NCBI GenBank assembly: GCA_964304625.1
Contig: OZ199840.1
Span: 5,817,200-5,881,199, forward strand
DNA length: 64,000 nucleotides
Source: Kudoa neothunni
Taxonomy: Eukaryota; Animalia; Cnidaria
Direction of reading: 5' to 3'
The position numbers were made by a program, and so were the translations under genes. This document shows, piece by piece, positions 35,818-48,927 of the stretch. The number at the start of each line of letters is the position of its first letter. The first letter of the stretch is position 1. The notes under the pieces were generated by a model. It was given only the letters and a program-made list of their open reading frames with translations, had not been told where the DNA came from and searched no databases.

Positions 35818-37648
35818 CCTTCTGAGCGCTTTGGGCTCATATAAAACCTCAGAGCATATCGTAATGTATTTTTAATATATTATTTTAGTCGACAATGTCT
35901 AATATCACGTCTATTCCTCCCAAAACAAATGCTTAATATAATTAGAGAAAAAAGTTTTTAATTATCTAAATTAATAATAATATATGCGTACTCTTTACAC
36001 GTAGTGCTTTTGGGGTCATAGATGACCCCAGTTTCTTTTCAATCAAATAATGCGGAAAAATTTTAAATGCCATAATCCAAAGTTATATAGAATTCTATGG
36101 ATAAAATAAAGAGGAAATGAGGGGAAACCTTTCCCGAATTCAGGTGGGTGATTACGAAGCGGATTAGTTTCGAATGATGGATGGTTTTGACGAAGAATAT
36201 TTCCCAGATTTTAAGAATGACTATAGTGAAATTTTTAATTACACTCAAAATAGTGATTTTGAGTCAGATTCATCATATTCTAATTCTGATAAATTGTCGT
36301 TAATTGAAGTTTGTATTACGACCAATATAACGCAGTATGGACTGCAGAGAAATCAATATCTTGTAAAGCAGCATTTCCTAGCATAATAACCACGACCCAC
36401 CGGTGAGACATGGAAGAATTTTTGTGGGGCTGGAAATGTTTGAACACGTAATGAACAGCTCTAACGTGACGTCGATAATTCTGAGCATTGATGTGACATG
36501 GGTAATGGTGAAATAATTGGACAATGGGGCACACATTGAAATTAATCCCTCGATTTTTGATAAAAATTATTTTAAATGATTATTAACATCATAAGACAAT
36601 ACCAACCACAACGAACAATTATATTAATATAAATAATAACATTTAACATGGTATTTAGCCCCTAAGAATCGAAATGGATTTAATCCCGATCTTTCCTCAT
36701 GTATAATCATGATCTCCTCAGTTTTCGATTTAACCTGATGTAGTATTGATCATTTCATATCTGGATTATTCATTTCCGGTTTATAAACCCCGTATACATT
36801 AAAGTTTTGCTTGACGTAGGTTGGATTATCACGAGTTACATTTCGCGCTTTTTTTGACGAAGTGAAAAATTAAAAAGTTAATCTTTAAAGTCAGTAGATA
36901 AATTAGATTTGATTTAATCGAATAAATTTTAAATTTAATGCGAAAAGAAGTGTATATTAATTGCTTTCATATTTTAATGTGACAGGAAGATTGATTGAAA
37001 GTTATAAATTGTTTAAGTTAAAAAACCACTACTTTTGGAGAAGGCGAGTAACAGAACTTATTTCAAAAAAATTAGGACACGATGGAAAAAATGTTGGGAA
37101 ATGTCGAACTAGACTTTCTTGGTTATTAATTTAATCTTTCTGCTCGATATACGTATGTTTTTCGCCATTTGCTATTTTTTTAATTTGTTTAAATGCTGTT
37201 ACTCGTAAAATTATATCAGCTTTCATTTTTAAATGACTTATGCTACCACTGATAGTTGTAACATTATTTTATCCAAACAATATACGAATTATTTACTACA
37301 TTGATAAAAACTTAATTTTGCTAGGATGAACTCACTGTCATCATATAAAGCATAGTTTTATTTAATATTTAGCTAATGATAGTTACAAGATAATTAAATA
37401 AAGTATAAATAAAGGGAAATTTTAATAATTACAGACAAATCGATCTTCTAATCAAGATCGGCCCCAATCGTATCTTCTTGATTCATATGTTTTTTCGAAA
37501 TTCGGTATGAATTCGTTGATAGATTTCTTTTACATCCTACGAAAAAGTTTTTCAATATATTTAAAGTAAAATAATGTAAGAAAATTGTGGGGTCATATAT
37601 TACCTCAAAAGCACCAAGTGTATGGTAAATTTCGGAGCACTCGGAAGG
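35818..37648 (+). mobile_element. Non-autonomous piggyBac element
   Basis: TTAA flanks (35814-35817, 37649-37652); TIR CCTTCTGAGCGCT vs CCTTCCGAGTGCT; palindromes GGGGTCATAGATGACCCC (~36012) and GGGGTCATATATTACCTC (~37589); acidic N-terminal ORF 36174-36386. Confidence 0.8.
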
Positions 37649-39416
37649 TTAAATTATTTTTAACGCATTATAAAATATAGATTTTATTCGATATCTTTAT
37701 TATCATGTATTTTTATAAATAACAAAACTTTTTAATTAATTTGAAAATTTTTTTTATAATCTTACAATTTCTTAAATTAATTTTTAATAAAAATCCGCCC
37801 AAAATTGTAATTAATTTAGTAATTTCTGGAATCTTGAGATTAATAAATCAAATTTAAACGGATCTTCTGACTACAAACTTGAAAATTTTTTATCTTATTA
37901 TGAAACTTATTTTTATATAGGATTAATCAATCATTGATGTATGTATATGTATTTAAAGTCTTCGATACAAAATGTGGAGCCACGTCAAAATTTATTTTTT
38001 TAACATTACCATATATAATTTTATTATTAAATCTGCCAGTTATAAAACATAAGAGCTTTCCTAATTATTTTTGGAATGTAACTAAATAATTAACCTTAAC
38101 ATGTTTTGAGGACCTCGACCATGAAGGTTCGGAATAGAAACCTATATCTTGTATCACTATGAATAACTTTATTTACGCTTCGTAATATAATAATAAATCC
38201 AATATATTTCTAAAATATTCTCTTAAAATAATCTAATTTGAATTTTAAACATGCGTCATCTAGATTATAATTAATTAGGAACAAATATTGCAGCACATGT
38301 ATGTGCAGTAATTAATAACGACGTGGTAATTCATTAAATCTTTATCTTATTAAATCTTCATCTCGAATAAAGGCGGTATTCTTCTGAATAATAATATTAG
38401 GGAGATAATAATGATATACTCTTAAATTTCTCAACAAAAAATTTTATTATAACAATCAAAAAATATATTTTAATATTTAAATCTTCAATATGACTAAGCC
38501 GCAATTAAATTTGTTAAAATATAAATTTGTCCATGACGCAGGCGTGCATAATTTAATATTAGATAATCTGCAACGATACCTCAAGCCAAATTCGCACAAG
38601 TCTTGTTCAATCAACCTAGATATGCAGATATATAATGATTAATTATTTATCACACAATTGATACAAAAAATAAAGTTATAGGATTAGTTATCAGTCAAAT
38701 ATTATCTCAACTCTAATTTGAAAAATTTAATTATACATTGGGGAATAAAAATACAATTAATGTCCAACAAATATCATTCTATTTTCAAACATACAAATAT
38801 AATATTTAAAATATCATTTCTTCAATTGCAAATTGTATATACATTAAAAAAGAAAGATTAGATTGATGTAGATGAGAATTATAGGCTTGGGTAAGAAACG
38901 TAATGTTCGGAATTTAATGTTATTGAAATGTATGCGAATAATTAATATCAATCATAAATTGCACTCCTTATTATGTAATAGATATTGCGTACTGTGTATA
39001 CAGGTGATTTCGTTAGCTAATTTTATCCAGGAATGTTACTATCAAAAATAATGATGTGATTAGAAGAAATTTGAGGGTGGACGGTTGGATCCGAACCGTA
39101 TTTAGAAAGATAAAATTAAAATATTACCATTCAATTCAATAAAAATAATATACTTTGAGATTATTAGAATATTTTAGAACTTTATCCGAAACTTGAGATT
39201 AAACTTTCATGAGAACGTGAGAGTTATATCAAAATATTCATTAATTCCTTTATAACGACACGCAGTATTAGATAGACCAATAGTCAGTCGAATATTTGGT
39301 TGCATTATAAAAATCATACTATAATAAACATATTCTAGTTTATCTCTGGTGTAATCAGTTCACAATTTGAGTGATTCAACAAGCTCGTGTTATGATATTT
39401 GTATTTTGGAATAGAT

Positions 39417-41723
39417 ATGCCGAATTCTCCTGAGTATCATCAAACTGCTGCTAATGATGAAGAACCTGTGGTTGGCACTTCATCTCGTGAGCAGTCCCCT
39501 GAACCAATCCACTCGCAGTCAATCATTCCTAGTCAACAAAGTGTTGCGGATACCGGTGATAAATCTAAAGACAGCTTCTACTCTGGAATATTATTCAAAA
39601 AATGCGTTCTACCAAAAGTTTGTCAAGGCAAGATATTTCTCTTGGTGTTGTTGTGTTTGGCAATTGTGGGACAAGGTATGATAGTAAGTGGACAGCTTCC
39701 TATCACTTTGTCGATGTTGGAAAAAAATTTTGGCTATAATAGTGTCGAAACTGGCATTATCCACAGTTGTTATGATGCTTTTTTTGGTGTCAGCTCTGTT
39801 TTGGTTGGATTGTTTGGTAGAAAACGAAAAGTGATGGTTATCGGTATTGGTATATTTATCATAGCTATTGGCTGTTTCATGTTTACCCTACCACATTTTC
39901 TATACAATTACAAATCTGCATCAGAAATTTTTGGCAGTGGTGCTAGTAGTCCAACAACTTCTAATCGTTACACCGAATACGATGTGTGCCGTCCAGATAG
40001 AGTTCGATTAGATCAATCCGCTAAAGGCAACATTGTGAGCTACTTGGTGATATTCTGTCTAAGTTACAGTCTTATTGGTTGGTTAATGTTAATACTCGAT
40101 CAACTGTTGTTACAGCTATTATATTTTAGGTATTGGGGCTGCCCCTCTACACACTTTGGCCGTAGTTTACTTGGATGAAAATCTAACTCCACATATGAAC
40201 GGAATATTTTTGGGTGTATATTATTTTTTTGGTGCAGTTGGTCCAGCACTTGGATTTGGAATGGGTTATCCCTTCCTATCGTTCCATGTAACTCTAAAAG
40301 ATAACCCCAACTCCAATCTCACCCCTGATAATGAAGGCTGGATCGGTGCTTGGTGGATTGGTTACATTATTGGAGGTTTGATACTCACTTTCGTTGCCAT
40401 ACCCACAGTGCTATATCCCTCAGTAATTACCACCAATCTTCCCGACAATTGTATAGATGAGGATCAAAAACAATTCCAAGTGGGAATTAGGACACGCCTA
40501 CAAACTACAATGCGATTATTGGTTGATTATTTCAAGTCGTTCGGTGTTTTGGTCAAGAATATTCCCTACATTATTCTAATAACTGGAATGACAATCGAGG
40601 GATTAGTTCTTAATGGGTTGGGAACATTTCTCTCGAAACTGCTTGAGGTTCAGTTTCGACTAAGTTCTTCACGCGTAATCCATCACAAATTAGCCCGCCA
40701 ATAAACACCACTCTAGGCTAGTCTACTTTCTGGTGCTTTAGCGGTGATTGGCGCTGGCAGTGGGCTACTTTCAGGTGGTCTGCTTATCAAAAAATTCGAT
40801 TCAAAAAAATCTAAAGTTATCCTTATCGCTACAGTATCGCTAGTATCGGCGATACTTTTTGGGAGTTTTTTCTTTGGGTGTCAAAGTAGGCGTATAGAAA
40901 AGATCATGTTGAATGATAATTTTGAGTAATGTTTAATATATTTATATTTAAACGACAATTTAATTAAAATTACCGGAATCTAATAGAATAACAGATGAGT
41001 TACTAGAGTGTCACAGAGATTGCAATTGTTTCTCCGATAAATATGAACCGGTTTGTGATGAGGCGGCTCAAATAACTTATTTTAGTCCGTGTAAAGCGGG
41101 TTGCAACCATAAGTATTTAGATAACAATATACCGGTAAATATTTTCTTGAAACTCCATTATTCTTAACACAATATCGTTCATTTTGTTTAGAAATTTGAA
41201 GATTGTAATTGCGCCCAATCAGATGACGTAGTATTAGAACAAGGGGGTTGTATTAAAAAATGCAACCTGCTATTTTGGTTTATGCCGTTTGCGTTTATGG
41301 CCTTTTTCACAACGTTTTTTATTTATGTCCCTCAAATCACTCTAACTTTACAGTATTTTTGTGACTGATTTGAGTATTTTTGAGCGGTCACATTACTTTG
41401 ATAGACTACTGGATAATAATACAAAAAGTTCAGGCACTGGATTGCAACAAATTCTTATTCGGGTTGGGTTCATCGTTGCTCCAATCATATATGGCTATTT
41501 CTTTGATGTGTCCTGCATTTTATGGTCATATGAAAAGCCTGAATCGTATATATCCAATTGTTTGGAATATAATAACTCGAAAATGCGGTAGTTAAATTTT
41601 TTCTGTATCGGAATTATCCTCTCCTTATCTAGGTTATATATATCATTATCTTCCATCGTTATTAAATTAATTTCCAGTTTTTGCTACTTATCATTGTTGT
41701 TTCTATTAAAGGAACCTAAGTGA
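39417..41723 (+). CDS. SLCO: Organic anion transporting polypeptide (OATP/SLCO family), 6 exons
   Basis: GT-AG introns 40078-40129, 40675-40716, 40926-40986, 41135-41191, 41353-41404 and 41588-41632 give one open frame. OATP signature WIGAWWIGY, YLDEN and a Kazal-like loop CHRDCNC..YEPVC..YFSPCKAGC. Six introns were found, so the exon count is 7 if all are spliced. Confidence 0.93.
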
Positions 41724-43160
41724 CCAAACATAAATATTGCATGTCAAAATATAAGTAGATTTAATACAATGTATGACGTGATATTCTAAATGGAAAAAAT
41801 ATTGCTTTTTGAATTGTTCTAATCTTTCATTGTTGTTCTAATTTCTGTTTATCTGTTGTCTGTATTTTGTCCTCTATAACTATGAATATTTTTGAAAATA
41901 CTCTTGAGTAAGTAGCCAATCAAAATAAGAGGTTCATCAAAGGAGCTGTCTTAGCAGAATGGATATAATTCTTGAAGTTTTTGTTATTTATTTAATCCAG
42001 ATTGGGGGGTAATGGACGGGAGAGTCGTAATTATTGAATATTATCCTAATTTTTTTCGCTTTTTATAGGGAACAAATTCCATTTGTAAGTTTCATTGGGA
42101 CAGCAACGAGGCGCCTGACTACATTTTTTAAAAATTTCTGCTTATAATTAAATAAGGGGTAATGTATTTAACGCAAATGAAAGAAATTTAAACAAGAATC
42201 GTTTATAAAATTCAAATAATTGAATTTTTATGAGTCAATAAATGTAAATAAAAACTTTTAAAAATGCGAGTTAATTAATCCTTTAATGATGCGAAAAACG
42301 TATATCTACCAACGATTTTACTTTAATGATCTTATATAATTCATCTTTTGATAAAACTTACAAACATAAAATTTCAAATTAATCTACAAGAATAGTCTGA
42401 GTTTAGAAATGTGTGAATAACATGAAAAATAATTATGACTAGTTCAAATAACGTTTGGGGTGTAATGCACTCAAAAATCAGAAGAATATAGTCATGAAAT
42501 ATAAATTGTCCTAATTATTATTTTTTTAATTATAGATCCTTATAATTTGAAAGGAAAGCGAAAATATGCCGGGATAAAATAATTGATAAAACAATATATG
42601 CTAAATAAAAAATCGCTTCGATGTAAAATTCACCCTAATAATATTAAAATTTAATAATTTATCGAACAATATATAGGAAACGAGAAACCCAGCTATAAAA
42701 CACTGACCTAGGGAGACATTTCCTCAACAAAATTTCTTGATAAACCCTCTACAACAGGTTTTCGACCGCCTTTTCAAATTTACCCCCTCGGCCTAGTAAA
42801 AATACTAATTTACCTCTTAGCATAAAGATAAATTCAAATCTACATTAAGGTTGTATACTTATTTGAGTATTATTAAGCTAAAATTCTAAAAAATAATCAA
42901 GACATTAAAGAAAAATTCTGATAATAATTTTATAAATAGTTGTTAAATAATTATTCCTAAGAACATTTAAGCATTTCTGCCAGCATCTTAATTGAGCCTA
43001 ACAGTCTTGATTAAAAAACTCCTTAGGGATCCTTAAGTGCGTAACTGATTGCATTATGCAAAGCTTTCCCAAATCCAATTTTGGTGTCACCTACTTTACC
43101 TCCTATCATTTGAAATTTACTTGTGGCTAAGGACTTTTGCTCCACAGTTGATTTCCTTAA

Positions 43161-44500
43161 CCCTGAAATTCCTGGAGGTGGTCACTGCGGCCAATTATCG
43201 CTTATTCTATCAATAACTTTTACAAAATATTTTATTTCCTTTTCCCCCTACGTGTATTTTATAGTATAATAATGCTTTTAAAAATATTTAAATAATAGAG
43301 CTTTACGTTTAATTTTTTCACTTAAAATCAAAATAAGAAATAAAGTTACACACATACCAGAAGATGCTCACCGTGGTCACCGTATAAATAATAACGTTTA
43401 GATAGTTAAAATATATAAAAAAAAATTTTCTTCAATGAAATAGAAATTAGACATGTACTTTAACCATTCCGGTACCAGGCGGGATATATTTGGTACCCCG
43501 TCTAAGATAATTTTTTCATCATTCCTAACAGACGCTATTTATTTTATTCTATTGAAATTACATGAATGATTTCCTATTAATTTTGCACATTAGTAGGAAA
43601 ATATTTTAATCTCTACCCAACTTGTAACAACAAGTATGGCTTCAAATGTTTAACTGGTCCGATAGTTTCAATCATAAATATCATTTTTGTGACTGAAAAA
43701 TATTTATTTATATTTTAGTGAATATTTAAAACAAATATATTTAGATCATTTGATTTAAGACTAGATATTTTCAAATTTAAATGATGATATAAGGATTAGC
43801 TTCGATTAATTCGTAACCATCGTGGTCTGTTGAATGATGTTTCGTTGTAGAGTTGAGTGTTTCAACGTAATTATTTTTAAAATTAATTTAATCACGTATT
43901 GGGGTCTAAAGAATGTTAAATGCATAGCATATAGCATGGGTTAGAAACCTGATTTTGAAATGAAGACGCTGCCATAGCTTGAGGATAATCTCGTGTGCCG
44001 TTGTTACCTGTATACTTTGATAATATGTTGATAGGTTTGTGGGTTCCCTTCTCCATAAATTTAGAAGTTTCATTCGAAATTAGACTTTTTCCGAACTTGG
44101 AACTATATAATATTGGCAACAATTTTTATAAAGACAGTGACCGGCTTGGCAACAGACAAATAGTCACTACCTTTTATAAAAGGTCTATTTTGGCGTAGGT
44201 TGATGTTTAGATTTTGGAATAATAACCAATTAATCAAGTTTCATGACTAGTTATAACCTCTAATATATGAAGTCTTGATGAGCTAAATGTCGTATAAATA
44301 TGTTTAAGGATATTTTGACCAACTCAAAAACGAATAAAAATAATTTTAAGCTGATTTCTCCTGAGGTTTCGCAGATATCCCATGGGCATATACGAAATTT
44401 TTTTGAGCTCGGTACGGGAAGGGTTAAAGCTAGGATTTTTTTTTAAATTAATTTTTTTGTTTCTATAACTTGATTCTGTTAACAAATTTAGTCTGGCATT
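43161..44500. repeat. piggyBac-like end sequence homologous to 55487-55832, interrupted by a younger piggyBac MITE
   Basis: TTAA-CCCT start; 43195-43463 plus 44428-44498 align by eye with 55515-55832. Confidence 0.7.
43464..44423. mobile_element. Non-autonomous piggyBac element
   Basis: TTAA TSDs (43460-43463, 44424-44427); TIR CCATTCCGGTACC vs CCCTTCCCGTACC; absent from the paralogous repeat copy near 55757. Confidence 0.82.
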
Positions 44501-45808
44501 TGAATCAGACATGTTATAATAAGGAAGTGGCTATTGCAACGGATGGGAATATCTTCTAAAATAACGCTAGTATCAAAATTTTAATCTCATAAATACATAT
44601 AACGATAAATAAATTATTATTAAGTAAATTTTCAAAATAAAATAACTTAGTTGACCTTTTAGCTATAAATTGGTCATTAACGCAAGAATTAAGCAGAAAC
44701 TTTCCTCAAGAATTTATATGTAAGTTTGATTTTACGTAACCTTGAATATAGATATCGTAATTTTCATTAGGAGCAATGTATTTGCTGGGGGAGTGAGCGC
44801 GCATGCTAAAAAAAATCCCTGAGACGTTCCATTGTGTCTGTCCATTCTATTATGTTTTTGATAAAATATGGGTAAAAAGAGAATAATACTTTTCTTAGTT
44901 TATTTTTATTATACAAACGGATATATCTGTTGTGTAGGACAAATAATTGTGATTCTTAACCTATTTTCTTATTTTATAAAAACAAAAAACAAATTATTAT
45001 ATGATGGATATATTATTATGATACATATTTAACAGGAGATATATTGTTTTTATGATGGTATATGGATTTAAATTTCTCGGTGTATTTTTTTGGTAATCCA
45101 ATGACGGTTAGATCAGAGCCCTTAGGTCGTCCTAATGCTCTTATTTTAGAGGGGAATTTTAAATCTATATAAAATAAATAAAAAATTGGTATGATTATTT
45201 AACTTTCGTGATTTGTATCGATTTCGAGCCCATCTATCTGCTGGTCACTATGCACATTGTACAAGTCTTCAAACGAGTCGTTAATAAGCAACTTGAGTGG
45301 GGATGCCTCAGCAATTTCATTCACGCCCGTTTCTTCATTGACTCAAATTTTGATATCTAATATTTATTTGAATAAATTATACCTATATTAATACCATTTC
45401 TTCCTTCATTCGGCTCGTCCTTTTCTACGCGATTACCGCGCTCCGAATTAATATCATTAGTTTCACGTTTTACTAAATAATAGTTATATACATTTTATAT
45501 CGGTGTTTAATATTTTTTTCTAATTTAAAACAATATAATCTCTTAAAACAGCCTCTATTCCTTTAATGGCAGTAATAGAACCATGGTCAAATTCATCGCA
45601 ATATTCTGCCGAAGTTGATGAAAGTTGACTTGTATAGACCAATGAATTTTTTAAACGCCATGAGTAGGTTTTCAAGGTTTCCTTTGGAATAGTTTGTACT
45701 TGTTCATGATGGTTAGATTTGACATTATAATCGAATGGAGAGTTATTCTGTATATATTCACTTGCATCTTCCCTAGTTCATCTTTTATCGCGAAATGAAG
45801 GTTGGTAT

Positions 45809-46506
45809 CAGGGTTGCCAAAGCTTGGGTTTTTATTGGAAACCGGTAAATATTAAAGAATAACACAAATTTCTATGTACGGCATTAATATTTATATTTTT
45901 AATGACGCATCCTATTCAGATTATATCATGCAGCAGCGGTTCCCAACTAAAATTGGACTCGCACCCCCATTTGATGACGAAACAAAATGTGCATCCGTTT
46001 ATACACGATAAGGTGTAATTGACTCAAAATATCTCAAAGATTGTTTTCTACTGTGATCGAATCTCGCACCCGCAATCTCATAGTTCACACCCTTAGGGAT
46101 GCGGGAACCACTGCCGTGCCGGATTTAAACATTTGCGATATTGAACAACAGCACATTAGATTGTTTAACATGGTATGATTACATAATTACTCAATAAACA
46201 TTGTCGCGCATTATTAGAAAATTTAAATGTTATTTCAAAATATATTTTGAATTATGAGGTAATTAATTGTGAATGTATTGATCTACACGAGACATTAAGT
46301 ATGAGTGAGTGTTCGTGCCAAATCATCGCAAGCATACGATGATAAATTTAAATTTAATGTCTGAAGACGTAATTATTGAATCGTAAGGTTAACAACTTTA
46401 ATAGATACGATTATATTTTTGTTATACTTTAAAGTAATGTTTTTCTCGATCTTGGGTTTTTTGACCCTCCATCCTTGGGGTTTTTTAAACTCCGTTGGCA
46501 ACCTTG
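45809..46506. mobile_element. Non-autonomous TIR element (hAT-like) with 8-bp TSD
   Basis: TIR CAGGGTTGCCAA / TTGGCAACCTTG; perfect TSD GTTGGTAT (45801-45808 / 46507-46514). Confidence 0.88.
45934..46113 (+). mobile_element. hAT MITE (same family as 60181-60343), nested in the 45809-46506 element
   Basis: TIR CAGCGGTTCCC / GGGAACCACTG; alignable along its length to the reverse complement of 60181-60343. Confidence 0.8.
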
Positions 46507-47089
46507 GTTGGTATAGTACAGGTGTCGACAATCCTATGAGGTTGCCGGTCCGGGTGGTCATGCCAAACTAGAAGGTGGGTCATAATATATTTAAATCCTT
46601 TAGATGTAATGAATTTTTCCCAATACAAGCAAAAATTGGATTAGTAAACTTATATTTTGAAATTTAAAAAAAAAAATTATTTTAACGAGAAATAGAAATA
46701 TAACGAACGTGAAAGTTCGGCATTTTTTAAGAGGGAATTACTGGTTTTATACAATTTTTTATTTCAAAGTTTACCCGATATGATTGATGTTGAATTTAAA
46801 CGTTTATATATTCAAATTATGGTTCGAAATCGTAAAGAACAATAATTAAACGTTTCTATCAGCTCCAATAAAACTAATATCGTACAATCAGTAAAAATAA
46901 ATAAGGAATTTGTTTGGGGAAAAATTTTAATCTTTATTTTTTTTAACACGTTTATATTTAGAAAAGGGGAATAATACTTAATTAACATAGCTCACATTGC
47001 TATTAAGCTTATTTATATCCTGAAGAGATCGACGTTAAAAATTTGGGAAATTATACCAGTACCATCAAAAAATTAACTTTATTATTGAC

Positions 47090-48733
47090 ACCACTTGCGG
47101 GGCCAGTCGTTGCAGACCATTGCTATAGTTTTTCCAAAAGAAATGCTTTGCTAAAACATATGTCGACAGGGTAAACTAAAAGATTGGCTAATTATGCAGT
47201 TACATTTATTTAACAAGTTTGTATTTTCTGTGATTCTGCTATTCAGTGAAGATTATTCTTTTTCAGTTATTGAGAAGGCAAAAGGTGTTAGTAAATTAAA
47301 ATATAATTTCTTCACGGTGTTTGTTATATCCGACGAACCTTGTTGTAAGGGATCATTTGTGATTTTCACATTTCTTTCAATTCTCCTAGAACATATAATT
47401 TTAAAAAATCTTGAAAAAAAATTCTCTAGAGGTTGAAATTTATTTATTGCATCTTTTAATTTCGAGTTTATTGCTTCTAAACGATTATTCGTTCAGTTAC
47501 CATAAAAATTAATGGCGTTGCTAAGACACATTATCCATTCTGCTTTTGACTCCCAACTAATTTTTAAATATTCAGACTGTAAAATTTTTCAAAGATTTTC
47601 AAATACTTCTCTATTTGACGTATATACCATTTTTTCTAGCAAACTGAGAACAATAACTCTGACACTTGAATATATACTGTATTTTTTGTTGTAATTTCTT
47701 GATTGAACATTCGGAAAACTTGGAACCTGCAAATAAATAATACCGCTCTTAGAAAAACTATTCTCAAACATTTTCTTAACTGTGGATCCTTATCAGTTAT
47801 AACTGAGCATAAGTTTGATTCCAATATTGGACAAACTGCTAGTATTCGGCTCATGTATCACTTTATTGCTTCTTCGGTCTCTTGATACAATATACATCCT
47901 GACGTTAAATGGGTTTCCCCATGGAATCAACAGCAGCAGTTAAATACAAAGGAGCTCTACGTTAAAAATCAAATTTTTGAAAAACAATGAATAAAAATTT
48001 TAGTTATTTAATTAACGAGAATCCAAAAGTTTGTATGTTGCGTTCCTGAGCATCAGTTTGGGGAAAAATTCAGTGTCCTTATCATTAGATAATCCGCGAT
48101 GAATAAGCCACAGATATAGTTTTCATCGTTCCTTAGAACTTTCCCCTCACATTTATAATTATTTTTCAGCATTTTTATAGGAGCCAAAACATCAACATAA
48201 TTTATCGTATTTGCTTTTTTAACATTACGAAGACACTTTAATGTTACGTTTTTCCCTGTCTCTTCAGTCAATTCTGTCTGTATTAGTCTCTTATTTGTAT
48301 CAAGTGATATAAGCTCAGACAAATAGCTATCAGATAGATAGATAGATAGATAGATTTTTCGTTGATCTGGTAGAAATTCGAATAGTGCAAGCTGCATGGA
48401 TGATTATGAAACAGTTTTTATGTTTTAATCCCTAGAAATTGGCTATCACCGCTTGCTCTAAGGCCTATGTTAAAAGGACAATCCCTTTTGTAAGTAGTGG
48501 TTTTTCTTTCATCGCTACATATTTTATTGTACAGAGACTCAAAAAACATACGTACTTTATGTCATAATAAGCTACATTTTTATTGAAGATTTTGTCGATT
48601 CTACGCTGGGAATTCTGCAACGTTCGTGACTCTCTTTTTTCAAATTGCAGAAATTCACCTTTTCACATTCTTCAATCATATTTTTGAGATATTTATATGA
48701 ATAAAATTTCATTCCAATAGTAAATTCTATCAT
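47090..48733 (-). mobile_element. Degraded MULE transposase related to the 30.5-33.7 kb element
   Basis: MIEFTIGMKF start; motifs CPF..GL, HNH, FSPN, ICRF, NNRLEAIN and SWIM CNCIISQSFSLPCRHMF; (GATA)n expansion at ~48332-48354. Confidence 0.8.
48332..48354. repeat. (GATA)n microsatellite
   Basis: AGATAGATAGATAGATAGATAGA; a similar tract lies at ~17788-17804. Confidence 0.8.
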
Positions 48734-48927
48734 TTTAATATTTAAGCTTTTTAACACACCAAGACTTACACGTGGACTGCCCACCCACACTAAACAACTA
48801 AAGCGGGTGCAGAATAATTATGCTAATAAGTTCCTAATAAATAGGATGTATTGTGTCAAAAAATGGGCTATCATTAATTAATGAAACAAGGCCGATTTAG
48901 ACAAATGTTGCGTTTATTATTTATATA

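Larger units (their letters stand above)
45050..46570 (-). mobile_element. MULE transposase C-terminal remnant interrupted by a hAT MITE
   Basis: Minus-strand KFPSKIRALGRPKGSD (~45113-45160) and a CRHL SWIM remnant (~46517-46532). Confidence 0.6.
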
